Counted from the stretch's first letter, positions 13,477 to 35,000 are shown. The stretch is 64,000 nt of DNA from Amoebidium appalachense (GCA_963693365.1 CAVNZM010000009.1:1056231-1120230); one strand, 5' to 3'. Translations and numbers: made by a program. Notes: a model not told the origin generated them from the letters alone.

Positions 13477-16011
13477 ACCGATAAGCGAAACCCACACGTG
13501 CAACCAGTAAAAGAATCGTTGGCAGTCGGAGCATCGAATAGTCTAAAAAGGTTAGAGACATAGCTAATATGGGGCCTGTTGAGGAGGGAGCATACAACCA
13601 AGGCCGATAAGACCAACTACTTGGATAAAACCCACTCTGCAACTACCACTTTCCCCTTTTACCATATTTCATCAGTCACTGTCGTGCACAAAGGGACGCA
13701 AGGACACTCGCTGGCGCACAAACACACACATGCAGATACGCTTGCATGCACGTGTGTACACACACACACACACACACACCAGCAGCCCCCCCCCCCCTCC
13801 CCCCCCCGGGCGCCTCACCACCACCACCACCACACACACAGGCGCACACTTTATATGCAGTAACCCCCCCCCCCCAACCAAAAAAACAAAAACAAAAAAA
13901 ACGAACACACTTACCGCCCCCGCGGCCGCCCCTGTCACCACCAGCACCGCCAGCCCTCTTCACCTTTGGTGCCGGGGGCTTAGGCAAGAACCTTTGCAGA
14001 GGCAGAAGCTTCTGATCGCTGATGTACACCTTCATGTCGGGCTTGTATGATGTGGCAACAACACCCTCCTGAAGTTTCACGCTGAAATACTGCGAGATGG
14101 TCAAGGAAAAACGGACAATCGAGTGCGAACAGGGGGAAAAGGGACGTGGTTGGGACTGAATGCGAGTTTGAGGCGTGTTGTGTGTGTATGTGAGAGAAAG
14201 ACCAAAGGATGTGTGTGTGAAAAGGGTACGTGTATGTGTACGGAGTTGAAGGGGCAGCAGGACTGAACAACCAACCTCCAGCCCTCCCCTCCCCCCCTCC
14301 CCACACACACACATGCGCGCGCGCGCGCACACACACACACACAGACAGGCACACACACACGCAGAGAGAGAGAGACCATTCCGTCTCCCCGTTTCCCTCT
14401 TTCCACTTCCCCCCGTGTCTCGCCCATCAGCTTTTCCCTTTCCCCAAAGGAGCCAATCACTCCACAATAAACCACGACCGGATTATTCGCGCTCACACCC
14501 TCTCTCACCCATTCCTCCCCCCCCCCCCCCCCCCCCAAACCACCACCACCACTTCCATCGCACAATTAACAACTGTCAATCTGCCATCAACGACTCTCCT
14601 TCCCCGGTTGCATTTTGCTCAGAAACTGCACCCACTTTCGATTCTCTCAACCTATCACGTCCACCCATTGTTATCCCCCTCCCGGTTTCCAAATAATTTG
14701 CACTATGTAAGAATAAGGATACAACTTCCTTGATGGGCCCAAGGATCTCATCAACCTTTCCGATCTGTGTCTTGTTCTCCAGGTAGATGGGTGCGTTGAA
14801 GTAGGGAATCATTTCGTTTGTGGACTTGCAAACCATGTCCCCTTCACACGCGTGCATGAACTTGCCCAGCTCTGTAAAAAGCAGACATCAGCACACTGAG
14901 AAAAAACAGTAAAGGGATAAGAAATGTTCTGAGGCAGAACCTTTAAAGCCTCCTACTCCCCCCGCCCCCTCCCCCCACCCCCTCCCTCCCCAGCTGGAAA
15001 GCATCCGAACTCAAGCACCTACAATATTCTCAGGCCCACGGGTACCTGTGCATGAGAAGAAGTGTGCAGGAATCCCAGTTATCCAACATCACAGTAGACG
15101 AAAAAAGCGGAAAGAAAAGCAATACCAGACCCGAAAGCAATCCAATGCAACGAAACTGGAACACGAAAAAAAAAAAAAGGCCGACTGAATTGAGGGGTTA
15201 ATTTCGTGTACGTGGTTGTACTTGTAAATCGTGCACACAAGCCTACTTTGCTTCTCTGTTACAGATTGTGGGTGCTTCTCTGTTAAAGATTGTGGGTCTA
15301 GATCGGTGTGCAACCACATGCATAAGTAAGAAACCCTGCCTGAGCTGTCGTGCTTGTATGTACGCAATGGAAATGTTTTGCATGTGTGTTTGTGTGTGTG
15401 CACGTGTGCAGGTGTGTGCACGTGCGCAAGGGTATGTGTGTTGTATGCGTGATCTTGTGTGTGCTAGCATGTGCGTACGGACTGACGGGTGTCTGTACAT
15501 ATGGAGTGTGCTTGAGCAGTGTGCCTGTGTCGCTGCAGCAAACGAACATAGCCCAGATCTATCAAAGTGCACCTACTATTCAGTGCAACCTCCCCATCTC
15601 CCCACAAAGCATCATACAGATGCGCGAGTTCCCCGAATACCCATACTCTCCCCTACACACACGCGCGCGCGCGCGCGATTCCCACGACCACATGACCATA
15701 CTCGCTACCCAAAACGAAACACCGAGAAGCTACGAGTTCACGTGCCCGGAGGTAAGATAAACCGAAGAGAAGGAGGCATATAAGCGACCAGGGGAAATGC
15801 ATGACATATGGCATATCCATTAATAAAAAACACGACATCCTCTGTGTCTGGGCCACTCACCAACAACGGTTTCTGGTGGGCCATCGTCCCTCTGGTATCC
15901 GCCACCACCAAACCCTCCCCTTCCGCCGCCGCGGCCTCCCCTGAAGCCGCCTCCGCCACCCCGTCCACCCCCCCTACCGCCCCCACCCCCACGACCGCCA
16001 CGGAAGCTCAT
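13004..16011 (-). CDS. GAR1: H/ACA snoRNP subunit Gar1; terminal exon not located
   Basis: Exons 16011-15861, 14871-14723, 14089-13915 and 13171-13004 join in phase with GT..AG ends. RGG-rich termini flank the core [23 protein letters not shown]...[26 protein letters not shown]...YFSVK...[11 protein letters not shown] further donor (G|GTAAGT) is at 13003. Confidence 0.95.
14090..14722 (-). other. U12-type (minor spliceosome) GT-AG intron in GAR1
   Basis: 5' end GTATCCTT; 3' end TTTTCCTTGACCATCTCGCAG, i.e. a U12 branch consensus about 10 nt from the AG. Phase-0 join ...IKEV|YFSV. Confidence 0.9.
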
Positions 16012-16630
16012 CCTACACTCTAGCCAACTGGTAAATGGCTATAACAGAAACCCCTCCCTACGGGTGTGTGTATATTCGGCGGTGTGTGCACACAGACTCC
16101 GCACACACATGCACACACACATGATCGTGTCTCTGTGAGCCAGATTACACGTGCACCGAATCGGCGGGTCGGCTTGGTTCGAGAACTTTTCCGGCCCGAA
16201 CCGATTTCTCAAATTTAGTTGTCCAATCAAATGGCTGAAAAGAAAATGGCGGGAAACTTTCCAAAATCGAACCAATCACACCCTTGCTGCCGATAACTGT
16301 CGGCGTGTCGCCTCACATAAGCTGCTTTTGGCAAACGCGCGCACAGCTCGCGCGCACTAGGTAGTACTGCCTCGTTCCTAGGGCTGGGCCAAACTTGTTG
16401 AGTTGAGAAACATAATAGAATGTTGGGTATGATCAAGTGAATGTTGCGTTGCGTTCACTCGTACATACATACTTACACAGTAGAGTTGCGTGAACATAAC
16501 ACACAAGTAAACCCTGTCTGTCACCTGAGTCTCACAACACAGCTCTAGAGACTCAAGGTCAAGTCTTGCATGAATTCTGAGTCAAGTGGTTAGCCATAGT
16601 CGATAAAGAAACACCAGAAAGCAAACAAAG
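16012..16630. promoter_or_regulatory. Bidirectional promoter region between GAR1 and the Dam1-like gene
   Basis: Head-to-head ATGs about 620 bp apart; the interval is free of long microsatellites and has CCAAT at about 16223 and 16273. Confidence 0.55.
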
Positions 16631-24349
<7,719 letters not shown>

Positions 24350-24413
24350 CCAACCATTTTCTAAATTAATTCCAAATATCTCAACTCTAGTGCAACGAGT
24401 TCACGTTCCAACA

Positions 24414-24540
24414 GCTGAGGATGGGCTCTGCTTGTGTTGCATACTACACACGTCGCTGCATACTACACATGTCGCTAAGTTTGCATACTTGAATGTTTGC
24501 ATTTGGTATTCCGAACACGATGCTAAGTACACCTGTACGT
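24414..24540 (+). mobile_element. Dispersed structured repeat family, 3' fragment C
   Basis: CTGAGGATGGGCTCTGCTT...TTGCATACTTGAATGTTTGC matches copies D, E and F. Confidence 0.65.
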
Positions 24541-24563
24541 AGAGAAACACGGTGCAGGACACG

Positions 24564-24598
<35 letters not shown>

Positions 24599-24902
24599 TG
24601 ACATGCATATGCGTATGCTTAAGAGGTAACTTGATTTTGCTCGAGTCGATTTATTCTTATTCTATTTTATTTCTATTTTTTATTTTATTTTTATTTCTAC
24701 TGGCTCCACCCCACCAGCTCCTTAGCCTTAGGAAATGTCCATATCTATGAAAGTAAATGATGCTTTTATAGGCCGAAAACGAATGCAAATGGATCGGATT
24801 GCTCAAATAAGGAAACCGTGACCTTCTGATAAGAAAAGGTTAGCCAGTAAAAAAACTCATTCACACCGTCTTCCAATGACTATCAAATAGAAATCCCGCC
24901 AA

Positions 24903-24933
<31 letters not shown>

Positions 24934-25239
24934 CCCCCTCCCCCCCCTTCGCCCCCCAACACACACACATCCCACCCCACCCCCCTGCTCTTCTCGTTAT
25001 TGGTTAGGGAGTTGGGAAGCTTTGTCAAAGCCCGACATTTTCATGCATGCATGAATGGGTACGTCCAACATTCCAGTGTAACGTCAATCCTGCCGGCTTG
25101 TGTCCGGCTTTCTTTTGTGGTTGGGGTTTTCAGAACACTAGGAGAAGCTTGGGTTGGTGGTGGTGGTGGTGGGGGGGGGGGGTTAAGTTGTAGGTATGAT
25201 AGAGAAGAAAATGCAGGAGGCGAGAGGAGTTAGGCTGGA

Positions 25240-26065
25240 AACGAGGGAGGGATGTGTGCGTTTGTGTTGTGTGTGCGGTCGAGGGAGACGGCGGGGGGGG
25301 AAACGAAGGAGGAATGTTTGTGTGTGCACGCGCGCGTTTTGAGCGGGATCGAGGAGGGAGGGGGGGGGGGGGGGGGGGGGGGGGGAGGGGGGGACGAGGG
25401 AGGGATGTGTGTTTGTGTGTGCACGCGTTCTCAGGGGCAAAAGGGGAGGGGGGGGAGGGGGAGGGGTCGGGGGGACGAGAGATGTGTGTGTTGCAGCGCG
25501 CGCGCATTTTGAGGGGTCGGGGGGGTGGGGGGAGGGGAGGGGGTGGGAGGAAACGAGCCCAGGGGGGGGAAATGAGGGACCGGAGGGATGTATGTTTGTG
25601 CATGCATCCGCGAGTTTTGAGGGGTCCGCAGGGACTCGGGGGGGGGGGGGGGGGGGGAGGGAGGGAGGGAGGAATGTGTGTGTGCGCGTGCGTTTTGAGG
25701 GGTCGAGGGGGGGATTGGGGGAGGGTAGAGGGGGGGGAACGAGGGAAGGATGTGTGTGTTTGTGTGTGCGCGCTCGTTTTGAGGGGATCGGCGGGGGGGG
25801 GGGGGGGGGGGAGGGAAGGATGTGTGTGTTTGTGTGCGCGTGCACATTTTGATTGGGGGGGGGGGGGGGGGGGGAGGGAGGGAACGTGTGTGTGTGCTCT
25901 CGCACGCGTTTTGAGGGGTCGAGGGAGGGGGGAGGAGGGAGGGGGGGGAAGGGAGGGGGGGGGGGGGGGGGGGGGGGGGCTGGGAGGAATGTGTGTGCAT
26001 GTGGTCATGTGTGTGCAAATACTCGTTTTAAGGGGTCGACGAGGGGGGGGGGGGGGGGGGGGGGG
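25240..26065. repeat. Degenerate ~60-75-bp minisatellite with poly-G, about 11 units
   Basis: Recurring GAGGGAGGGATGTGTGTGTTTGTGTGTGCACGCGCGTTTTGAGGGGTCG(G)n. Confidence 0.8.
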
Positions 26066-26651
26066 AAAGGAGAAGAAAGGGGAGGGATGCGTAACTCAAG
26101 AAACTGCACAGGACTGCATCTCTGTAAAAAAAAAAATCTCAGCGCAGACTTCACTGCTGTATTTGTAGCTCAAACAGGGCGATAGTATATCACAACTAGA
26201 TATCACTAGTAAAAATCATACCAAACACTAATTTTGTGGTTATATCTCAATCGTTATTCGTACAAAAATACAGCCAAACAAGGAAAATCCCAGAAATTCG
26301 TGCATGCCATGTCGGATCACACAAGGCCCCGAGACACCCTAGATTAGAATAGGACAGAAGTGTGTGTTTCTGTGTAACATAACCTACGGTACCCTCCCAA
26401 ATACACTCACACATACACACTTTGAAACACAACCACACACAAACGTAAAAGGCCATTTGCTTCCAATGTTCAGCCTAGAAAAGCCCTACATTAGGCAATC
26501 ACTGTCAAAAACTTTCGATTCTTTCCAACACCAAACAACCAAATTAAGCCATAAAAACATAGCCAGAAAAACCATTAAAGCATAGCTAGGTAAACCGTAA
26601 AAACATAAAGTAAACCCTACAAACATAGCGCCACAAACCGAAATCGGGACC

Positions 26652-29600
26652 CTAGGGCAGCACCAAATCAGCATGTGCCTTACCCAAATGCCTATATAGA
26701 CTCCTCACATCAGGGAACCACCTAATGCACCCAATCACCACGCAGTGAATTGGTCTCTCCCCCGTATGCTCCTTACTGTGACGTACCAAATCCCTCTGCC
26801 GCCTGAAAACCCTGCCGCATACCTCCAAGGGACATTGAAATTCACCGCGCATCGCCCCACCGCTGTGCGATTGCAGGTCGGCGCTCGACTGGCTAGACAC
26901 CGATGGCGATCGGGTATTTGATTGGGCAATCAGGGCAATCGGGGCGAGCGGCTCCGAAAACGACGCATCGGCGTAGCGATTGTGCGTGGAAGCGTGATCT
27001 CTGAGATGGTATTTTCGCGCAAACGCCCGCCCACAACCCGGGAAGGAGCAAAGATACGGTCTGACGTGCACATTCACATGCCTCCTCCACCCGTGTCTAC
27101 TCCCATACACCGCCCCACACCCCTCAAACCCACACCCAAACATCTCCGACCCATCTTCCCCACGGGACATAACGGGTGGCGGGATATCCTTAGCCGTGAC
27201 GGGGGGGTTTATGTCCATAGAGCCCCCCGACTCATCCTCCCCGTCGCTGCCCGGGAACTCCCACGGGTCCTCATTTCCGGGTTGCGATCCGGGTCGGGTA
27301 GCAACCGGGTCGGGTTCATCAGACTCCTCCTCCTGCCCACCTGCGGTATCCGTGTGCGGAATATCGCGCAAATTTCCGCCAAGACCCCCGTCGACCCCCT
27401 CCGCCGATTCCTGGGGGTGAATTTGCGCATTTTGCGCCGACAGAAAATTCGGAGACAAATTTCCATTGTCACTCCGTGAAAAATCCCCCCGATCCTCGAT
27501 GGGAATCATCGGCAGGTCCCCGTCACTGTCACTGGTCTCGTCTATAACTGCTCCTGATTGGTCCACCGTGGGGGGTTCCAACACTAAAGCCGAGATTTCC
27601 GGGCTGATGTTTTGGCCCGAAATATGATCCGGCCCATCTTCACTCCCACTCTCAACCGCGGCGGTGGGTGGGGGGGGCTCATGCACATTCGACGAAGGGG
27701 CTGCAGCCGGTGTATTTTTTGGGGGCATGAGGCGTCGAGTGAAACGTGGAATTACACGCCTCGCCCGTGCGGGAACTTGCGGAGAGGAGGGTTTTTCACC
27801 CGTAGGCGCATTGGTTGGAATGGGGGGTTGCTCGTTCGGCGTGTTGGTGTCATTGGTGTCGGTGGTGGTTGTGTGTGTTTTCTTGTGCTTCCGAAACTCA
27901 TCTCGTCTCGGGAAAGTCTGGTCGCATCCAGAAAAGGCACATTTCCACACACGAACGGCGCCCTTGGCGTGCACACCCAAATGTCCAGAGAGAGCTTTCT
28001 CCGAAGAAAAACTTCGAACACATCCATCGTGAGGACACAAAAACCCACCTGGAGAGGAGGGGGGTGGCGATGTTGTGGAAACGGGTGGAACATCGGTTGA
28101 TGTTGTGGTAGTGGGTGGTGCTGTGGTGCTGGGTAGTAGTGTGGATGAGGCGAGGGATTTACGTTTGGCAGGGACGGGGGTGGGGGGTTTGTGCGAGTGT
28201 AAGATGTGTTGTTGCAGGCGTGTGCGCCGGTCAAACGGTAACCTACAATCCTCGTATGGACACACGTGCATGTCGCCTTCGTTTTCGATTCGACGGCTTG
28301 CTCGTGGTGATGGTGGGGGCAAGGGCATGGGCGAGGGCAAGGGAGAAGAAGACGCAGGGACGCTGCTCGGATCTGTGTTTTCGTTTTGTGTTGGTGGCTG
28401 TGTAGGGGGTGTTGTGTGGGGTGTTGGGGATGTTGGAGTGCGGGAAGGTGGTGGGGGTGGTTGCGTGACCGTGTGTGTGTTTGTGTGGCTAAGCAGGTTG
28501 AGACGGAAAGAAAACGAACGTGTGCACCCTTCGTGTGGGCACGGGTAGGCCACCTCCCCCGTTTCGTTGGTGCGTGTGGTGGCGCTAACTGCCGGCGTGT
28601 CCACTTTCCTTCGCGTTCTGCGCTCGTTTTCTCGCGTTTCCGTTTCTCCGTTTTGCCCCGTTGTTTCTCCATTCTCTCCCTCCCTCCCCTCTCTCCCTCC
28701 CTCCCTCTTTTCTCTCTCGTCGCATCCACACACCCCAACTTCTTGTGTTTCTCATTGTAGTGCTCTCTCATGTTATATCTCCGTGTATACGCCTTCTCAC
28801 ACCCCGGATACCCACACACGAACCGCCTCCTTCCCTCCCCATCCACCCTCACCTCTCCCTCCCTCTCCTCCGTCTCTCCTCTCTCCTCGTTTTCTCCCAC
28901 CTCCTCCCTTTCAATACCCACGTCTCCGACTTCCTTCTCCTTCTCTCCCTCGTTTCCGTGTCTGTGTTTCACGTGTGCTCTCAAATGGTGAGCGGTGGCA
29001 CATGTTTTTCCACAACCCGGAAAATCACATGCAAATTCCACCTTTGCTGTTCCCTCTGTATTCTCGATCTCTCCTTCCATCACAACATCTTCCCCTCCCT
29101 CATCCCCGTCCTGCTCCGTTCTTGTTTCCCCGTGTTTTCGTTTCATGTGCGCGTCGAAATCCCGCTTTCGTGCATACGAGGCTGTACACCCGTCGTGTGG
29201 GCAATGAATCCGCCCATCGCTCACTCTCACCCCACTCTCCGATTCCACCATCACCACATCTTCACCTCCCCCCTCCGCCCCTTCCTCTCCCTCCGATTCT
29301 TCCACCCCACTCCTTTCCCTCTCCTCTTCCTTCTCTATCTCTCTTTCCTCCCCTTCGCTTCTCTCCGTTGTTTCATTCAACTCATTAACGGAACCTGCAT
29401 CGACATTTGTGTGGGTTTTCATGTGCGCGGTAAGGAGTCGAGGCGTAAATTTCAAACCACAACCCGGGAAAGTGCACACAGACCCTAGGGCCCGCTCATC
29501 CAACATCGATTTCCGTATTTTCTTCACGGGATTTCTCTCCGTTCCTTCATTTTCCATAACTCGTCCTTCGTTCTCACCCGTCGTTTCCTCTTGATTTTTG

Positions 29601-32600
29601 TTCCTCCCATCCACCACCACCGGTTCCCTTTCTTCCCTCTCCCCCTCCCCACCACTCTCCCTCTCTTTCCCGTTCTCTCTTTCACCCTTCTCCTCACCTC
29701 CTTTCCTTTCCCGTTTTGCCTTTCTGTTGTTGTGTTTTGTCTTCACATGCCGATTCAAATCATACACCCACGCATATGAAGACGTGCACCCCGGGTGTTC
29801 ACAGTAAAACCGCCCGTCTCCCACATTCCCCCCACTGTCCGTTGCCACCATCACACCATCCTTCCCTCCCTCCTCCCCACCCTGCTCCGTTTGAGTTTCG
29901 CCGTGTTTTCGTTTCATGTGCGCGTCGAAATCACGCTTTCGTGCATATGAAGCCGTACACCCGTCGTGTGGGCAATATATTGGCCCGACGATCGCTCTCA
30001 CCCCACCTTCCTCCCCACTCCTTCCCCTCTCTCCCTCCCTCCACGCCAACCACCTCTCCCCCCTCCCCGTCTTCCACTTGTTCCCCTTCCTCCTCCGACC
30101 TTCCCTGTCTCTCCCCTTCCTCCATCACTGCGAAACCCCCTTGCCTCAATGCAACCCCCCGGTGTCTTCGTTTCATGTGCCCGTCAAAATCCCGCTTTCG
30201 TGTATATGAAGCTGTACATCCCTCGTGTGGGCAATGAATTCGCCCGTCTTTCACACTCGCCCCACACTCCGTTTCCACCATCACCACATCTCCACCTTCC
30301 CCCTCCACCCCCTCCTCTCTCTCCGGTTCTTCCTCCCCACTCCTTTCCCTCTCTCCTCCCTCCACCCCAACATTCTCTCTCTCCTCTCCTCCCTCCTCAT
30401 CTTCCACTCGCACCCCTTCCTCCTCCGCCCTTCCCTCTCCCTCCCCTCCCTCCACAACCGTTATCCCCCAGTGTTTCTTTTTGATGTGTGCGTCGAATTC
30501 CCGCCTTCGTGCATATGAGGCTGTACACCCGTCGTGTGGGCAATGAATCCGCCCGTCTCTCTCCACCCTCTCTTCCACCTCTCCCTGCTCTTCTTCTTCC
30601 ATCTCCATCCCCGCCTCCCCCTCTTCCCCTCCCTCCACCTCCATTCTCCCTGTTTCCTCCGTTCCTCTCTCCTTTCCCCCGTGTTTCCTTCGAATGTGTC
30701 TGTTCAAATCCCCCCTCCTTGCATATGAGCAAGTACACCCGCTATGCATACAGTGAAACCTGCTCTCCACCGTAAACGTGTCTGTTTCTTTCACCACCGT
30801 ATATTCCTCCACTCCCATTTCCACCTCATTCGTATTCAACACTCTCCCCGCCTCTTCTCCGTTTTCTCCCTCCCCATCTCTCACTTCGTCTTCGTTTCCA
30901 CCCACTTCCGCTCTTTCTTCGTTTTCTCCCTCCCCCTCTCTCATTTCGGTTTCTCCCTCCCCACCTCTTTCTTTGTATTCTCCCCCTCTCTCTTCGTCTC
31001 CATTTCCTTCCTCTTCCCCTCTCACATTGTCTCCCTCTCCCTCCTCTTCCCCTCTCTCCTTATCTCCGTTTTCAATCCTCTCATCTTCACTTTCAACCAT
31101 CACCACCTCTCTCTGGTCTCCTCCCTCCACCCCCACCTTCCACCCCCCCTCCTCCTCCCTCACCCCCTTCGCTTGGGATTCAATCTCCATTACCGCAACC
31201 TCTTCCTCCTCTTCCCTCTCCCCGTTTTCCTCCAAAAGGTACACAACCATATCTCCCTTGTTCAAACGCGGACGCGCCGTCTCACTTTCAACAACCACCC
31301 CTTCCATTTCTCTTTCTCCTTCCTTCTCCCTCTCCCCCTCCCCTTTTTCCTCTCCTCCTCTCAATTCCTCCTGTCTTCCTTCCACCACCGTTTCTCCATC
31401 CTCCGACCCCTCCTCCCTCGTCCGCACTTGTGGATGCGTGTCGGATATGTGGAAATCCAAATCATCCTGCCGAAAGTAAAACTTCGAACATCCGACATGC
31501 GGACAAGAAACCCGCTCCGTCTCCTTCTCCCTCTGTGCCTTGTGTTTCCTTTTCATGTGTCGTTTTATATCATGAGCCCACACATACGAAGATGTACATC
31601 CGGGAACTGAACAGTAAAAACGCCCGTCCACTCCTCCCCCAACTCCCTCACTCCCAGCCGCCGCTGCCGCGGTTGCCGGCTCCTCTCTCAAAATTTCCAT
31701 ATTTCCCGGAATTTCAACTTCCCCTGGTGCAATTTCAGCCCCCGTTCTTTCTCTCTCGTCCCCAGATTCCCTCTCGTTCGTCAAAATAGCCACACAACTC
31801 TCTCTTTCTTCCCCTCCGCCCATCACATTCCCATTTTCTCCAGTTTCCCTTCCTTCCTCCGTTCTGTTTTCTCCCTCCTGTTCCACGACATCTCCACCCG
31901 TTCCTTCCTCCTCCCTCTGCCTTTGCTCCATTTCTTCCTCCAAATTTCTCTCATTCTCCCTCACAATATTCTCCGCCGTCCCTTCTTGTTCCTGTCTCAT
32001 TTCCACATTCCCCTCTTCCCTCTCTTCTTCCCCCTCCAAATTTCCATCGTTTCTCTCTTCCACCATCACAATATCCGTCTCCTCTCCTCCCCCCCGTTCC
32101 CTATCTCCTTCATCCACCCGTTCTTCCCGTTCCACCACCACCACTCTGTCTCCTTCCCCCTGCCCTTGTGTTTCTTCCACCATCGCATCCTCCCCACCCT
32201 TCTCACTCTCCCTTTCCACCGTGTCTCCCCCTTCCTTGTCCACCCCATCTCCCCCTTCTTTCTCCACCTCTCTCTCCCCATGTTTGTCCCCGTGTTTTTT
32301 CTGTATGTGAGCCCTTACGTCCCGTTGCTGTGCATACGACGCCCCACATCCATCGTGCAAGCAAAAAAACCTTCTGTTTCTCCTTTCCCACTGCTTATTC
32401 TCCACAACCACCACCACATCTCCCCCTCCATTTTCTCCGTTCAATCTCTCCTCGTCCACCCGCCCTCCCTCCGCGTGTTTCTTGCGTATGTGGACCCGCG
32501 CGTCTTTCCTTCGCGAATAAGAGGCAGTACACCCGTTGTACGTACACCAAAATCGTCCGTTTTTCTCTTCAATCATCTCCAAAACCGTGTCCTCCTTCCT

Positions 32601-34314
32601 AAGATTTCCCGTCGTTTCTCCTTGCTCTTTCTCCTTTTCGTTTTCCTCTTCCCCTCCCTCGTTTTCCTTTCCGTGCAATCTTCTAACGTGCGCCTCCAAA
32701 TCTGTGCGCGAATACGAAGCAGAGCAACCGTCATACGCACAGAAAAACACGCCGTCTCTTTCAACGATTCCTTCCCCACACTCTTCCACACTCTCGTTTT
32801 CCTCAACCGAATCTTCCTCCTCCTCTTCCTCCTCCCTCTCTTCCTCCCCCTCTCTGTTATTCTTCTTTCCGTGTGTTTCCCTTACATGCACATTCACCCT
32901 CCATTTGCGTGTGTAAGAAACCGTACACCCGGGATAGGGACAAAACACCCTCCCATCCTTTTCCAACACAGTCACACTCGTTTCTTCCTCCTCCTCCTCC
33001 CTTTCATCCGTTCCTTCTCCGTTCGTTTTTCTCTCTGTTCCATTTTCAGTGCGTTTCCTTTTCACGGGGGGTTTCGCTGGGGTTGTTATTTCCTTCCTTT
33101 GTCGTTTGTTCGTTTGCACATTCGTGGTTTCCTGTTCAGTGTAGTGCTTATCTCGCATGTGCCGGTTCAAATCCCGAAAACGACTGTAGGTACGTGTACA
33201 ACCGTCGTGCACGCAATGAAACCGTCCATCGTTTCCGGACACAGGTCCACTCTTTTCCATCTCCATTTCATCCTCCTGCTCCCCGTCACTAGAAATCACC
33301 ACCACCGTTTCCTTCTCCTCTTCCTCATTTTTTCTTTCCCTTCCCATCCTTTTTCCCATTCGGTGTCCCCTGCGATTTACCGTGTCTCTTCTCCCGGTGT
33401 TCTCGCGCCCTTCCCGGTCGATCAAACGAAGCAGAGCACCCGGCAAACGTGCACACAAAACGCCCGTTCTGCCTCGTGAATCCTGTGTCGATTTTCACTG
33501 CAGGGCCACCCGAAATTTGCAAGGCACTTTCCCCACTTTCCTCACCTTCCTTCTCCCTAGTGGTGTGCGCTTGCTGGATGTGTGCCTCTAGGTCACCCTC
33601 GACGTCGAAAAAGGCCAAACATGAATCGTGAAAGCAGAAATAACGCTCTTCTCGTTCATTCCCCTCCACTGGCGGGTCTGCCGCGACATTTTCGGGCTCT
33701 GTCACCGGCTTCCCAGACTCTGTCACCGAAAGTTCCGGTTCCGTCTCGACGGTTTCCGGTTGTGCCGCCGGGATCTCGCTCTCCCCATCACCCTCCTCAT
33801 TGTCCGCTGCAGGCATGCTGCTGGTGGCGCCGTAATAGGTAACAAGCACGTGGGATGGCCCATGTGTGTTGAGGTGATGCATGTATCTGTCAAAACGGGT
33901 AAAACTAGACAAACAACCACCAACCGGGCAGGGTAATCTTACATCTTTCTCGTCCGCTTTGATCCCGTGCCTTTTGATAAAGTGCTCGGCAAGCCCCTCG
34001 CCCCTCGCATAGGACACACCGCAGCCTGCGTAGCGGCACACAAAAAACTTTTCGCTTGCATGTTCACCAACATGAGAAACAAGCTGCTTGAGATTGGCGA
34101 AAGTCCTGGTACATCCAGGCAACCTACAACCAACGCCAACTTGTGTGTGATGCATCGAAATGGGTGTGTGAGTTTTTTCGTGGCGTGTCAGCTGTCCTTT
34201 TAGTGGGAAACTCTGTCCACACCCTTCTACTATGCACATGTGTCGCTTTTTGGATTTGTCTACCTCTGTGCCTGAATCTGTGTCGGTGGCCGGGCTGCCT
34301 TTAGCGACCTCCAT
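26652..34314 (-). CDS. Giant intronless C2H2 zinc-finger protein (~2550 aa, 30 fingers) with three frame breaks (assembly indels or pseudogene)
   Basis: ORFs 34314-33325, 33458-29931, 30049-27752 and 28733-26652 overlap end to end and carry 6+10+6+8 C-x4-C..H-x3/4-H fingers. Breaks are at ~33330 (A6 run), ~30034 (one extra G relative to the internal paralogous repeat at ~30355) and ~28680-28735. Confidence 0.85.
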
Positions 34315-34961
34315 TCTCCATATGAACTGGGCGTTGCATCCTAACGATTGTGTGTGTGCTACTGATTTAGGATAGCAAAAACAATCCCTGTATTTTGTGC
34401 GCTATATCTGGTTCACAAGAACCATTCACGTGCCTGTTCTTATTTCCGCATGATTTGACAGGGTTCTCTTTGTGTGTGACCAGTACAAAGGCTTTCGGGA
34501 GTGTTTGCACAAACAAACAGGTGGATGGATAGAAATGACGTCAAGTATAAGTTACTGTGTATAAGCACCCCCCCCACCCCCACCCTCAGAAAGGGGGCTC
34601 AGGGGGCGCTATACCTTCGGTGGCGTTATGCGATGACCGAGTTCAAATCCTGGTGGGCGCGGGTTTTTTTTTTTTCTTTTCTTTTTTTTGGAATTCATAT
34701 GGCCATCGTTGCTGTTACATCCGATGAATGACACACCAGTATTGTCAATGATATTCCAGACTTAATCACCGACTGTCGCGATAATCAAGAGATAAATCCC
34801 TCCTGAATTCTCCCCCCCCCCCCCCACCCAGGGCCTCTTTCCCTTGAACACCCCGCCCCCCCCTCCCCCCTTCCTCCATCGGGCTCCCCCCCCCCCCCCC
34901 CCCGCCCCGCCCCGCCCCCTCACCCCCTCCTCCCATATCTCCCCCCCCACCCCCTCCCCCC

Positions 34962-35000
<39 letters not shown>

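Noticed and set aside
31923-33479. 518-aa Leu/Phe/Pro-rich ORF on the + strand, and similar ORFs at 28567-31789
   Set aside because: These are the antisense shadow of the purine-rich zinc-finger coding strand.
26652-34314. Systematic programmed frameshifting, or four separate zinc-finger genes
   Set aside because: The breaks go in different directions (+1, +1, -1), one is a single extra G relative to an internal paralogue, and the downstream ORFs have no proper starts. Indels are the simpler explanation.
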